From Eledone cirrhosa (Eukaryota), in contig OZ024742.1 of the NCBI GenBank assembly GCA_964016885.1, positions 134,168,001-134,232,000 of the forward strand: a stretch of 64,000 nucleotides of DNA. The letters are read 5' to 3'. The notes under the pieces were generated by a model. That model ran no database searches. It saw nothing but the letters and a program-made list of their open reading frames with translations, and was not told the DNA's origin. This document shows positions 14,211-29,407 of the stretch, piece by piece. The number at the start of each line of letters is the position of its first letter. Position 1 is the stretch's first letter. Both the position numbers and the translations under genes were made by a program.

Positions 14211-14303
14211 GTGCTACCTATACAGGACACCAAACGACAAACTGCACTACATCCACCGCCGCTCTAACCATCCTAGAAACATCACCAATAACTTGGTTAA
14301 AAA
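14211..14303 (+). repeat. 93-bp exact copy of Nai-A ORF segment 9278-9370
   Basis: Identical by eye, including the copy-specific codons (CYLYRTPNDK). Confidence 0.9.
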
Positions 14304-14427
14304 TCTAGCTGTTCCCATAAATGGAATTGGAGATATAAAAAAACGTGGAGAACTTAATATTGCGAACAAACATTTATTGAACCGTTTGACACAACCAATA
14401 ATACACCTAACTATATAATAACTGAAA

Positions 14428-14458
<31 letters not shown>

Positions 14459-14459
14459 A

Positions 14460-16290
14460 AAAATGATTTAAATCGAAAATGCAACTGGTGTCTTATTTTT
14501 TTTAAATATATATATTTATTTGGTTCCTTTATCGATTTCGAAGTTCTTCTGCTTTTCAAAAGTAGAGTTGAGATGGAGAGTCTGTGGTTTTTCTGACATC
14601 TGGTTGGTCTTTGAATGTTACTTGTGGAATGTTACTTATGGAAAAAAGTGGCTCGAAACGCCAGGTTTTAAGAGAAGTAATTTGATTGGTTGGTCAATAA
14701 GTATAATAAATTTCGCGCCAGTTCGCGTTACAAAGTTCTTCAAACAAGATGGGGGGCGGGGCTCAGGTTGTTTTTTAATATATGAGTGAAGTTTGGTTGG
14801 TTGATGCAGTCACGTGAATAAGCACATCAGCTTTCGCGCCAGCTTGTTTGAATTTATTTTTACTTAAAACAAACCTTAAATTAAGACGAATTGTAGCGGG
14901 CCCACAATGTGAAACACACAGAATGAGCAACTTTATAGCCATACTACTAAAACCAATTCTCAAACACATACCAAGCCTTGTAACAGACGATCTGGACCTC
15001 TTAAACCACATCCCCAAACATGTCAACACCGAAACTATTATTGTGTCTTTCGATGTAGTGAATCTTACACAACGATCCCACACCAATAGGGACCAGAAGC
15101 AATATGATTCTGGCTAGAGAAATATCCCAATGAGATACCTGGCAGAATAGAAAAAAGCTTGATCACCGAGGGATTAAAATGTATCTTACAGAACAACTTT
15201 TTTGATTTCGATGGCAGTACTTACAAGCAAATATCGGGGCCTGCGATTGGTACAAAAGCTGCTCCAGCTTATGCCAACTTAGTCATGGCATACTTAGAAG
15301 TCCAGATATATGAACAGTCCAAATCAAAATACGGATTGAACTTCCATAAATATTTATCAGAGAACTGCAAACGCTACTTAGATGATTGTTTCATTCGTTG
15401 GTCCCACACACTCGACCAACTGAATGATTTCAAAAATTTAATTAACAGCATCAATAGCCACATCCAATTCACAATGGGATACAGCCAAGATCAACTCCCA
15501 TTTCTGGACATCTTATTCTTAAAAAAATACATAAATATTGAAACTGACATACACTACAACCAACAGATTCCAAACAATACCTGCTATTCACCTCCAACCA
15601 TCTAAACACACGAAGACGAACATTCCTTTTAACCTAGCAAGAAGAATTTGCACAATTGTCTCCAATTATGAAACGCGAAATAATAGACTTCAAGAATTAA
15701 AGGAAATTCTACTCGAAAGACAGTACCCACCATTAATAATAAATAATGGAATAGAAAGGGCTAAAGCAAAATGCATTGATGAATTACGAAAACAGAAACA
15801 AATTCAAGGGACGTCCAATATTCTATCATATATCTCAACACACAACCCAAGAAATGCGGAAGATTAAAACACTATTCACAAGAACATCCCACTATTGAAA
15901 CAAGACCCAATAATGAAAAAAGCCCTTGACACACAAAATAATCAAAAGCAAAGGACAACCGAAATCACTGAAAACATTACTCACCAATGCCAAATTACCT
16001 ACCACAAACCCACAACCAACTGACAAAAAAGGTGGTCGCTCTAATTGTGGAACCTGCACTCACCTCATTGAAGGCAATACGTATACATTTCAATCAGGAC
16101 AAAATTTTGCTGTAAAAAATCACTTCACTTGCTCATCAAAAAATCTATTTCATGCCATTTAATTTATAGGATTCAATGAAGATTATATAGGAAAAAACTA
16201 AACTCACACTCAGAAATAGAATGGCAGTTCATCGCCAACAATTAATTACGAGACCCAACCACAAGACAGATACCACTAAGTGCACATCTA
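14460..16290 (+). mobile_element. Nep-A copy 2: inverted terminal arm (14460-14870) and disrupted RT/GIY-YIG (about 14872-16290)
   Basis: LRRIVAG, FDVVNL, GPAIGTKAAPAYANL, RYLDDC, NCGTC; high similarity to 5660-6951. Confidence 0.9.
14527..14562 (-). ncRNA. U3-A8 minimal hammerhead ribozyme, Nep-A copy 2
   Basis: ctt-TTGAAAA-gcag-aagaa-cttc-GAAA-tcg-ATA-aag; stem III is still palindromic (ATCGAT). Confidence 0.65.
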
Positions 16291-17071
16291 ACTGGAAATG
16301 TTACCGTAATGAACATCAAGCTGCTACCTGCTGCCTAAGATATTGTGAATGAGCGTCCTTGCTGCACCCAAGGGGAATGCATTTTTTTTCCAGTTCCCAC
16401 TTTAGATCCTGGTAGCGGTTAATTATCTCCTCTTCTTACACTCTTGTGTTAGCGGATACGATGTGAGCCTTAGTCCCCCCCCCCCACACCCATTTCTCTC
16501 CTTCAGAGCGATTTAGCCTCTTCACTATATTCTAAAATAGTGTACAGATGAACACAATGCTGAACTTAATCTATATATGCTCATGTGTCGAAGAATTTAG
16601 AAGTGAGAAGGGTGATATTGAGGAGAAACTGGAAACATAGAAACGTGCCATGTCTCTTTAACGAGTCCACTTTTCAAGAAGCCAGGTTCCTTTAAAGGCA
16701 TTGTTGTGCTCTTTGGCATGTGAACTCAGAATACAGAGGGTCAGAATGAATACACTAGTCATTCTGTTAAACACTGTATGAATTATATAATTCATATTCA
16801 ACCATAGAATTATATTTTTATATTGTTTAGTGATTCTGAAGGATTCAATAGAGAGGAATATGAGGGTACTTCGTACTGTAGTGAAAGAAATGTTCGTTAA
16901 CGTATGAAATAATTTAATGTCATTTAATCCTGGTTATTTTTATTCACTATATACACACACATACATACACGCACTCACACACACACACACATATATACAC
17001 ACACATACACACACACAAATACATGCACACACATACACACAAACACACATCCACACACACACACACACACT

Positions 17072-17135
<64 letters not shown>

Positions 17136-20100
17136 AAGAGAGAGAGAGTGTGTGTGTGTGTACGAGTGTATATGTATGTATGGTTCTGTAACACCGTTCA
17201 TTCTTATCTCCATCGGGTAATCTGTTACCCTTATTATCCCCTAAATTATCATTATCGTTTTTCTTTCATGCTTAGTCTATCTTCTCCCACATCTCCCTCT
17301 GCATCTAATCGTATACGTAGTTATAAGTGTACACACACTGCAAGCCAACAGACAGCAATCTCTAGCTCCAACGTGTTTAAATCATGAATGCAAATCAGTT
17401 TCTGCAAACTACAGTAATTAGCTACAAGCGAGGCTTCACATTATTGCATTATGCATAATCAGTGCTCTCACCATTCATTCAAAGTGCTAATATGCAGCTT
17501 TCTTCCTTGATACTTGCTTCACACGTTTTCTACACCTTCTTCCGGACGGGTATCTGACAATTTCTGGTAGGTTTAAAACTGCAGTTCTGAAACGAATACA
17601 ATAAACACCACTACATTCCCTTTACTCCATTATCATGGCACAAACTTACATTCACATCACTAAAAGTAAAACGGCGATTACTTATACTCATATATCAAAA
17701 GTATTCTACTCGAATTCTGCACGAGTTCCTGCCCCAAGAACTACTCCGATTAGGGTAGTAGGCATGATTGTATATTATGGGATATAGCCATTGAAGCATG
17801 GAATCTTTCAAGATTTTGAGGCATAATAATATACATTTATATATAGAGAAAAAATGATTTTCATGTGGTAAAATAACTAAAATAACAACTGGCAAGTTTT
17901 CAAATGAATTCAAAACCTGATATATTAAATTATGTAATCAATCTTTATGAATTGATATTCTCCTGTTGGTGAACCATTACAAGAAACTTATCAACGTTTA
18001 GAACGGATTCAGAAACGTATTCGTAGGTCATAAATCAACAAATAATACAAAACCATTTAACTATCATGCGAAAATGAAAATTATATCTATTTGGTCGGAG
18101 CTGGGCAACCAATGCATTTTTTGTTTACATTCAACCATATTCTATTTAATAACCCCTATTGATATTACATTTTCTCTTTTTAAATAGAAACCTGTTAGAG
18201 ATATGTCAAAATTAAATGCGAGAATACTCAAAGAACAACAAGAGTTGCATAATAACATACAATAGCCATGCCGATATAAAAACAGATGTTTTACCTGAAT
18301 CTATATTGCAAAGATATGATGCATCCCAGCAGCATACAATAGGCTAAAATGCCTTAAAAATTGGTTTGTGTTAAGCGCCTCATAATATTTTCTAGTCTTT
18401 ATGTTAATCTCCTGGTGCAAAAGTGAGACTACAAAAATAATCTGGTGTTAGTGTAATGTGAAAACATTCGTACGGATTACGGTAAATAGGGGTTCGTTTC
18501 CTACTTTGTTTCGTTTTATAGGATTTATATGAAGCTCATACTTTCAAAATACAAGAATGTTTTAGGTAAAGCACTTTAAGGTTGACAGTGTTGAGTTAAC
18601 TATCCAAATACAGTAGATCAAATTCTGAAAATTTAATTATTGTGCGTAGGAAAGAAAAAGATACGGATATATATATATATATATATTGTAAGAGGTTTCT
18701 AGTAGTACAATATTAACTGACAGTTCATGAATATTTCTCAAAACGTTCAACATTCAGTACCATAGAATGAACCGTGAATAGACAGAATATCATGGATGAT
18801 CATTCAGCACAATAACATATGTACACATTAACACACGCATATATATATATATATATGGAGTCAGATTAAATAATGTGTTCACAAAACATACCAATGATTG
18901 AAGTGTGCACAATCTGTCTATGTGCATTAAGAGAATATTCACAGCATGAAAAGCGAACTGTTAGACCTAAATTAAAGATAATCGTGCAAAAGATTTATGC
19001 TACGCATAATGATATTTCCATTGATATAATTCGATTTTGAAATGAAGTGAAATTAACTGCACGATGTCTACGAAAGAAGTATGAAAGACATTTCTAAATT
19101 GGTGATTTGTTGGTAGTAGAGATATGTAGAACCTAAATTATTAGAAGAAAAAGCAGTTCTTAAGTAGTTTGGAAAACAACATTATGTTATGATGGATGGA
19201 AATATTGCTGAACATATAAAATATCTATTATCGTAATTGTAGAAAAAGATCAAGTTAGATCATGGTAAAATGCACTGAATCTTGTAGATAAACACATACA
19301 TTCCAGAGGCGACGAACCGTTAACAAATCCCAAAAGCGGAAATGAAATGATCAGTTATATTTAAAACAGAATAAAATCAAATGTGCCATATTCAACTAAA
19401 TGGCAGGAAATATACCACTCGTCGTTTCGACTGCATAACAAAATGTTAAGAAGATTGACTACAGTTATTTAACTCACAAATCGGCTTTAAGTTAGGTCAT
19501 ATAATTTAGTACCCCTACCTTTTCAATACTGTTTAGTATTAGTGCAGAGGATTAAATATTTATTGAAATTTTCAAAGAATATTAAATATGCCTGGCTATT
19601 TTTTTAATTCATATCTAACCGGTCATTTTTCCTGCTGTGAATATGCTCTTAGCAAATTGTACACACATCAATATAGTTTTTCGGACATGTCACCTCAAAT
19701 TGTCCTGATGAAAAAACTGATTTGAGGCAGATTTTTCTACTATAAGTAGTATATCATGTACCAGCATATCACCCTCAAAAGCGCCCATATCTACGTTATT
19801 ATGAAAAGAAAACATTCACGTATATAAAAGAGAATATTAAAAGATCTTCGAGCCAATATATAAAATTCTCATATCACATGTAAGCTGCGCAAGTAATTAA
19901 ATCTATTGTCATGCATTTCTTTGAAGAATATATCTTGCGATAAATTTACACACATAATAACTATATAGCAGAAATGATTAAAAAGATTCTAATCAGTATT
20001 AAATAGAAACGGTTTGTTGCAAATGAACAACATATATAAAGTTTGAAAATATGATATACCAGAATGGTTGAAATGTTTTGTAGCTACGTAAATATATCCT

Positions 20101-20999
20101 GATGTGTGGGTTAAAATGCATATAGATAGGTGTTTATGCGCATGTACAAGTATCCGTATATATATATATACTGTGTGTGTGTGTATGTATATAAATATAC
20201 ATATAATTATACAAACGGATCTAGTAGGAACGATGTTTTTGTGCGTAAATATGCATGTGTTCTCTGAATATCACTTCCATCATCCGTCTTTGGATTATAA
20301 ATATGTAGAAAAGATTTTGTTAAACATTAACATATATATATGTATATATATATATATATATACATACACATGTATATATAAATGAATGCTTGTATGCAAT
20401 ATAACATACGTATGTATGTTTTTTTGTTTCTATGTGCATATGATTACTGATAAATCCTTGTAATATGTTAATTATCTTTATGTCGAAAATGTAAGATGAA
20501 CAACTTTGCTATTTCCTCTATGAAATCTGATTATTTGATAATGAAATCATACATATCTCCATACGAAAATGGAAAATATTTTCACATATTTATTCATGAA
20601 AGACTATGTGAAGCAATTTGCATAATAAAAAGCAATTGCCACCATTATATATTACCATTAGAGCATTTTCATAATCATATGTTCGTTCTATGTAGTATTC
20701 TGTATTTCCTTAATTAATTATACCATGGAATCTTGTATTCCGATCATTAGAGTTGTTATAATGCCGCATGCTTATATTCATTATTTACATGCACATGTAA
20801 AAACATAAATATCCTGCTAGGAAACTTGCTCATAACAGAGAATGATACTCAGCATTTACGTATAAATACACAATAATACATACTCACAAACACGTACATC
20901 ACTCCACATATTTACCCCTTTCTATATATATGTATATATATATTATATATCAGATGGACTCCCCCGCCGTATATCTACGTATAATTCCACATTCATCTC

Positions 21000-21330
21000 A
21001 TTTCAACTTCTCATCGTTATGTCTTAAATGGCACTTTATTCCAGCTGATGATTTACAGTTCAAGCCACATTTAGTGTAGATGTCAGGATTCTGAGCGGAG
21101 CAGAATCGAAGGTTATATCGGATCTCGGTGTTAGATTTTCGAACAGGGACATGGACCAGACGAAACGTGTTTCAGTTCATTATACATGCTGCCAGACATG
21201 TATCCACTTCTTATAAAATACATATGAGTTTAAAACTGTGGAAGCAACACAACCGTGATGAAGATGCTGTTGAAGGCAAAAAAGAAAAGAGGGAGAGCAA
21301 CCATGAATCAGAGATGGTTCTACTTTAGTA
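21000..21330 (-). mobile_element. Decayed RTE-derived element 3' end
   Basis: Minus-strand translation TKCGLNCKSSAGIKCHLRH resembles the RTE C-terminal C2H2 finger seen at about 7830. Confidence 0.45.
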
Positions 21331-21999
21331 AAATTTATTAATCCCAAAATATTTCGCATGCACTTTTCGTTGCCATGATATCCTTTGGAAACTTTAGAAA
21401 ATAGCAGAGAGGAACCTTGTAGGATACTGTTTGGCTCGTATTCTCCAGGTTTCGCAATGAATAGTTTGAAAATCGTAGAATTAATGATTTTTCTTTCTAT
21501 ATCAGTGCATCCATACTTTGTTATATGTCTTCAATGGCATTTCATTCTATTTGTTTCGTTTCCCATGAACGTATTCAGAATAAGGTTTCGCATGAAATTA
21601 AGCATATATCTGCTATACGTCTTAAGAAGCGAAATTCGTTGTAATGCAGAAATGTTAACCAATACCAGAAGAGGAAATGTTCCACCACTAATAGATAGCA
21701 ATGCAGTAGTTTACGTTTCTGTGTTTATGATTAGCAAATAATTATTCAGTGAAATCTGTAACAAACTCTATTATGTAAATACGTTGCTTCACTGTCTCCA
21801 ACTTTATTTACACTAAATATTGTTTGCATAAATGTGAGTGAGAGGAAAAACCAAAGAATGAAGATGAGAGAAATTGTGTCTGAGTATAAGGGAATCAGGG
21901 CGATTAATAATAACTATTTACATACAAACGTAGTTTGTATGAAATATATTACGTGTTTGTTTGAATATATTTATATGTAAACAGACAAAACAAATAAAG

Positions 22000-23190
<1,191 letters not shown>

Positions 23191-23396
23191 TTTCTTACAT
23201 ATATGTTTGCTTAATAAACAAAACCATAATCAAATAAACTGCATCATTGGAATTTGATAATGCCAATTGGAGTAAATTACAATTTAAATTTTAGTACAGA
23301 CCTACAAATATGATGCAAATCTCAATGAATGTCTGGAATTTTTAGATATTCATTGAAACGATTGGCAAAAAAAGCAGGTGATATTATTATTATTCA

Positions 23397-23590
23397 TGGC
23401 GGTGGATTGGCAGTATCAGTAGACCGTAAGACATCATGCTTTGCAGCATAGAGCTATGGCCATTTAGGTTCTGAGTTCAAATCCCGCCGAGGTTTGATTT
23501 GCCTTTTATCCTTAAGGGGTCGATAAAACAAAGCACAAATAATGCACCGGAGTAATTGCAGGCCTTGTGCCAAAAGGAGAAACAATTATC
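23397..23590 (+). mobile_element. tRNA-derived SINE
   Basis: A-box-like start, B-box gagttcaaatccc, core gccttttatcc..ggggtcgataaa; relatives at about 31850 and 29472. Confidence 0.75.
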
Positions 23591-24738
23591 ATACCTTTAA
23601 ACGTGATATATCTGAGAAGACTTTCTAGGTTTCAAAGCACTTGAATATACATTATATTCCTATAGTATTGAAGAGAAGGTTCGCTTTCATTTTGGTGGGG
23701 ATTATGAAATTAATCTAGGCCATTGTATCGTTAAATGAAACACACATTTACTGTTTCCATACAAGCACTCACACACACATTATCATTTGCATTGCATAAT
23801 CTGTCATGAAGACATTGTTTTACATATCAAATAGAAATCAACAAACAGATACATTATTTTATTTCCCATGTAAACAGACCTGAACCAACTCTCAGCTGGT
23901 TAACATATATGTTTTGAATCGTGATATATAAATGATTTGGGTTATTTATCATAAAAAGAAAAATAGACCATTTGATATGAAAAGGAACAACTTGCTGACT
24001 ACAGTTAAGATTGGAAATATATAACATATAAGCAAGGATCATTGCAATATCATTACAATGAAGAGAGGTTGTGTGCCACGAAAAAAGACATTTGGAACTG
24101 TACAGAACACCGCCAAATAAACAAAAACACTGGCAATAAATTTGGCTACATATTTTCTGAATTATAACAGTAAATTGTACAACAACAACTTGATCATAAC
24201 CATATCAAAGTTAGTTTCTTAATGGATATTCTTCGTCATGTTTAATACTGAAGATGTTTCATCATGTATCTGTGCATCATGATAGCCATGGCTATAGTTT
24301 ATATTCTGCGAGCTGATTGCATTCATATATGAAGTTATAATGACGTTGAGGTCCTCGTTGCAGAATAATAAGAATGGGGCTATTCCTGAAAGACCACTAA
24401 AATTACATGCATAACGAAAACGCCCGGGAGAAAAATGAATGTTGGGCTTCTCATAATGTTTAAGATAAAATAAAAATAAAAAAAAAATGATATTGGAATC
24501 TAATGACCAATCTGTATATTACCTCCTTCAGATAATAACGTCACATTTGAATCTTAGATATTTGGATATTTGACTAGGTGATTATAGAAATGTGGTTAAA
24601 AATTGGCTCCGAGTCAATCTTTGTGATAAAGGACTTGAATATAAAAGATAAATGCCGCATTAGAAAATCACAATTACAATACATTCAGGCATACTTATAT
24701 ATTTCTACTTTTCGTTTAAATTGTACAGAAAAAACGCG

Positions 24739-24827
24739 TTCTTCTTCTTCTTCTTCTTCTTCTTCTTCTTCTTCTTCTTCTTCTTCTTCTTCTTCTTCTT
24801 CTTCTTCTTCTTCTTCTTCTTCTTCTT

Positions 24828-24857
<30 letters not shown>
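24739..24857. repeat. (TTC)n microsatellite
   Basis: Directly visible. Confidence 0.97.
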
Positions 24858-24858
<1 letters not shown>

Positions 24859-25422
24859 ATTCATACATTGGTTTCATTCTCGAACTTCGTCACCATAGAC
24901 ATCGCCAGTACTGATTACAGTTGTATCAGTTTTCCTCTTCCGTTTACTTCTCAACACCTTCCGCCTCATCATCACAATATTCGGCCTCACCCTTACTCTC
25001 ATCATCACTAACATCATCCACATTAGGCTGTCCATTTAATTATATTAAGTGATGACTATAATTGCAGCTTTCCATCCAACAAACTTCCTCTCCCCCTCTC
25101 AATGAATTTCCCTTGCAGCATTTTCTATCCAAATTCCCTCACATACAAACACAAACCTATTCCAAGTACATCACCAGCCCTAATCCAACAGGGATTTTCC
25201 TTTCTTCCTTTGGTACAATAATATTATTATCCACCCTTATCCTAAAAATCATTATGTATCATTACATTTAAAAATAATATATTCTGATATTTGAAAATGT
25301 CAAAATACACCGCCTCACACACACAAACACACACACATACACACATACATATATTTATGTGTATATATATATATTTATGTATATATATATGTATATATAT
25401 ATATAGACATATCATAATCATC

Positions 25423-25570
25423 ACTGTTTAACGCCAATCTTCCACGCTAGCATGGGTGAGACGGTTTTGTTCCATTTGATGCGGAATGGTCGGGATACCG
25501 TGTCTCGCTCGTACGGAAGTGTCTCTGGCAGGATTTCTACGGGTGGATGTTATGACTGTCCAATTCTTCT
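25423..25570 (-). mobile_element. Probable RTE-tailed short repeat fragment
   Basis: tttaacgccaatcttccacgctagcatgggtgagacgg and ggcaggatttctacgggtggatg resemble RTE-related termini. Confidence 0.4.
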
Positions 25571-26414
25571 TTCGTATGTGAAAATAATCACGGGCGACAA
25601 TATGACCGTCTTCTGTTATGAGATGGTATGCTTAGTTTGAGCACATTTAACTTTTACTTTTAGTAGGTTGTGTAAAAATGTAGATGATTTCTCCTCAACT
25701 CAGTGGCCATGTGATCCAATATGTTATTTTCTAAGATAGTGGGTAGAGTGTGGTTTAAGGAAATTTAGCTGCTAGTCTTAGCAGGTTGGGCAAATTTGTA
25801 CATATTCTGTCCCCAGTTCATATGTGTGTTAATGTTTATTTATTGTGCGATCTGAATCAACAACCTCTTAAACTAATGTTCCAGTATCTATGGGTCTTAT
25901 CTTGCTGCACCACTTACTTGTTTGTTGGCTACACATATGTGAGGATCAGAATCATCCAAGGCCTTAGCTTTGGTTTAGGTCATGTTGGGTTAAAAACAGC
26001 ACTGAGGCTATTGTTACAGCCGGATAAGGCCAGACACTCAAAATAAGATGTATTAAATGTTAAATCGATGAAAAAAATTCTTCCCCACTTTGCAGAGTAT
26101 ATCATAAAGCAGACAAATATGTGGAACATATTGCTTGTGCAATTGAATAATTAGCAAAAGGACTTTATAAAGTGCAGAATGAAATTATAGGAAAAACGTG
26201 CTATTGTGAGTTGTACAAAACATACAACATCGTGTCTGTTTACATCTGCTTCTCTTTCTTTAGTTATTGTTTCGCCCTAGGTCGAGGTATCTCGTATTTA
26301 ATGCGAAGAAATGCCTATGACGCCTAGTAGACAACTGATGATGGATAATCCTAACCTCTTATTTCTTATTTTATACTTAATTCCAACAACACAGCTCGTC
26401 ATTTTGATTCATAT

Positions 26415-26608
26415 ATATATTGTTATGCTTTGGGAGGGTCATGTTGCCAATAAGAAACACACGCACCAGCTGCTTTCACTCCAATTTATTATAAATTAAA
26501 TTTATAAATTCTTAAATGTATGAATTTAATTTATAATAAATTGGAGTGAAAGCAACTGGTGCGTGTGTTTCTTATTGGCAACATGACCCTCCCAAAGCAT
26601 AAAAATAT
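26415..26608. repeat. Fold-back of a terminal sequence (about 90-bp arms); the same terminus occurs at 29152-29183 and 55965-56010
   Basis: ttgttatgctttgggagggtcatgttgccaataagaaacacacg and its reverse complement. Confidence 0.85.
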
Positions 26609-27150
26609 CGTTTTCAAAACACGTTTTCAGATAAAAAATCTTGGTAAACAAATTCAGAAATGAAATATATATATATATATATAAGCGTAGTGTGCTCGAT
26701 GCTTGGGTTAGCAGGGTTAAATATTAAAGAGGGTTAATATTTAGCGTAAGGATTAAGCAGAGCTGGAATAAGCAAATGAATGAGTGAACGAAATAGTTAC
26801 AAGCCACTAGAACATATCTTCATATAGCTCTTACACATGTTTTGTAAAGAGGGGCTCGTCGGAGGCATATGTCCCAATGGCTAGGTCCTTAATTACAAAT
26901 CTCTGAGAGGATATTATAACATCACATCGCTACGCATCGTTTTCTATTGAGTTGACCAACCAGTTACACAGCACTTTAACCTTAACCGCCACCACCCCTA
27001 CCAACACTATTATCAGCAGTCGTATTCTGTACTTATTATTTTTTTTTACTAATTTTTTACATCTTCATCATCTTCATTCTGACTTCTTTATATTTATATT
27101 TTGATTCTCCATTGTATCTATTTATACCAATGCCATATATTAAACCCTCC

Positions 27151-27263
27151 AGTATTCCGATAATTTGATCAGAGGTAAACATTGTATTTAAGGTCGAGTG
27201 ACGCAACTTCGAGTGATTAGCGGCCTTTAGACTCATCTGATCAATGAAAAAATTGTTAATACT
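27151..27263 (+). ncRNA. Degraded type I hammerhead ribozyme with about 60-nt loop II
   Basis: agtatt-CCGATAA-tttgatcaga-[about 60 nt]-tctgatcaat-GAAA-aaatt-GTT-aatact; homologous to 49838-49948. Confidence 0.6.
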
Positions 27264-27751
27264 AGAAATAAAACCTTTTTGTACAGCCGACCATGTTATT
27301 TTTCAATCTTTCACTACACTCACACACACACACGCACACACATATAGATATATAAATATATTTATATATATAAAGGTTTACATATATATATACATACATA
27401 GATACATATACGTGTTTCGCAACGGGTCATTTTGTGGCTCAATGAAAAGTTAATAAATTAAATAATCAGAGCTATATATCATAAAACATGTCTATAGAAT
27501 CACCAGATAGCATATATACCAGTTCCTCTCCCAATTAGCGTAAGTAGCCATATAAAAAATCGAATAGACCAGTCTATAAGAATAAGGCTTCTATGAAGAA
27601 ATCTCCAACAAATAACCGAAACTAGCCCTTCCCGTCGGCTGCGACGGAATAGTTATCGAATATTTCGACAGCGTAATCGCCCAGATATACAGTCAATTAA
27701 ACAGAATTAGATGTAGAATAAACTAGGAGAAAAGAGAATACATTTATTTAC

Positions 27752-27824
27752 TTCGACCATGGTTTCGTCCGCATTTTGAGATTTCCAATAACTTCGGAAA
27801 CTCGAGCACCGGACTCTTCAGGAG
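27752..27824 (-). ncRNA. Type I hammerhead ribozyme with intact core
   Basis: ctc-CTGAAGA-gtccg...cggac-GAAA-ccatg-GTC-gaa; stem III palindrome ACCATGGT. Confidence 0.78.
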
Positions 27825-28505
27825 TTTGCTCAAATCTAGACAATAAATTTTCCAAAGTGATCCCGCCAAGAATACATTCAAAAATGGCTAAGAATCGTGA
27901 CGTAGCAGCGGTCAGGTTGGAAAGAGTGTGGTTAGTTGCTTACGGATGGTGGCTTTTTGCTAGAAAGCACAGCACAATACAGCCAAATGTATATGTTAAA
28001 CTAACGGGAGATTATTACATATAAAGGTTTACACCTATATATATATATATATATATACATATATACATACACGTGATTTGCAACCTGTCACTTTGTGGCT
28101 CAAGGTAAAGTTAATAAATTAAATAATCAGAACTATATATCATAAAACATGTCTATAGAATCACCAGATAAAATATATACCATTTCCTCTCCCAATTAGC
28201 ATAATTAACCATATAAAAAATCGAATAGAGCAGGCTATAAGAATAAGGCTTATGAAGAAATATGCAACAAATAACCGAAACTAGCCCTTCGCGTCGGCTG
28301 CGACGGAATATTTAATAATCTCCCGTTAGGTTGAGATACAAATTTGGCTGTATTCTGGTGTGCTTTCTAGCAAAAAGCCACCAGCCGTAAGCAACTAACC
28401 ACACTCTTTCCAACCTGACCGCTGCTACGTCACTATTCTTAGCCTTTTTTTAATGTATTCTTGGCGCGATCACTTTGGAAAATTTATTGTCTAGATTTGA
28501 GCAAA

Positions 28506-28578
28506 CTCCTGAAAAGTCCGGTGCTCGAGTTTCTGAAGTTATTAGAAATCTCAAAATGTGGACGAAACCATGGTCGAG
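28506..28578 (+). ncRNA. Type I hammerhead ribozyme, mirror copy with G8>A
   Basis: ctc-CTGAAAA-gtcc...ggac-GAAA-ccatg-GTC-gag. Confidence 0.7.
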
Positions 28579-28846
28579 GTAAATAAATGTATTCTCTTTT
28601 CTCGTAGTTTATTTTACACCTAATTCTGTTTAATTGACTGTATCTGGGCGATTATGCTGTCGAAATATTTGATAAATATTCTGTCGCAGCCGACGCGAAG
28701 GGCTAGTTTCGGTTATTTGTTGGAGATTTCTTCATAGAAGCCTTATTCTTATAGTCTGGTCTGTTCGATTTTTGATATGGTTAATTATCCTAATTGGGAG
28801 AGGTAATGGTATATATTGTATCTGGTGATTCTATAGACTTGTTTTA

Positions 28847-28896
<50 letters not shown>

Positions 28897-28935
28897 ATGC
28901 ATGCATACTTAAATGCATACATACATACAAATATG

Positions 28936-28982
<47 letters not shown>

Positions 28983-29057
28983 GTTATTCCGGGTTGAATC
29001 GGAGGTAACCACAGTAAGTAAGGTACTCAATACATAGAATCTCATCTATATTAAAAC

Positions 29058-29156
<99 letters not shown>

Positions 29157-29322
29157 ATACTTTGGGAGGGTCATGTTGCCAATATATATATATATATATC
29201 AATCGACCTTTAATTTAACTTTTGATAAATGCTCCGATTTATTCCTTAGAATCTTTGAGCTCCTACAGGTGCTATGCCGCATGTTTCTGATCATCTCAGG
29301 CATGATATCTTTAATTTTGATA

Positions 29323-29407
<85 letters not shown>

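Larger units (their letters stand above)
27406..28850. mobile_element. Nested fold-back and partial-tandem element with two HHR copies
   Basis: About 27470-28018 is inverted relative to 28312-28850; about 28060-28312 directly repeats 27406-27650. Confidence 0.85.

Noticed and set aside
17900-18050. Ancient LINE RT remnant (LERIQKR)
   Set aside because: Too short and degraded to support a call
21130-21300. Kazal-like host exon (CLAAC..VSSGPCPC) with a minus-strand splice-acceptor-like tract
   Set aside because: Needs a frameshift, contains stops, and adjoins an RTE-like C2H2 end
23397-23500. tRNA gene
   Set aside because: A/B-box-like motifs only, no cloverleaf; it is a SINE head
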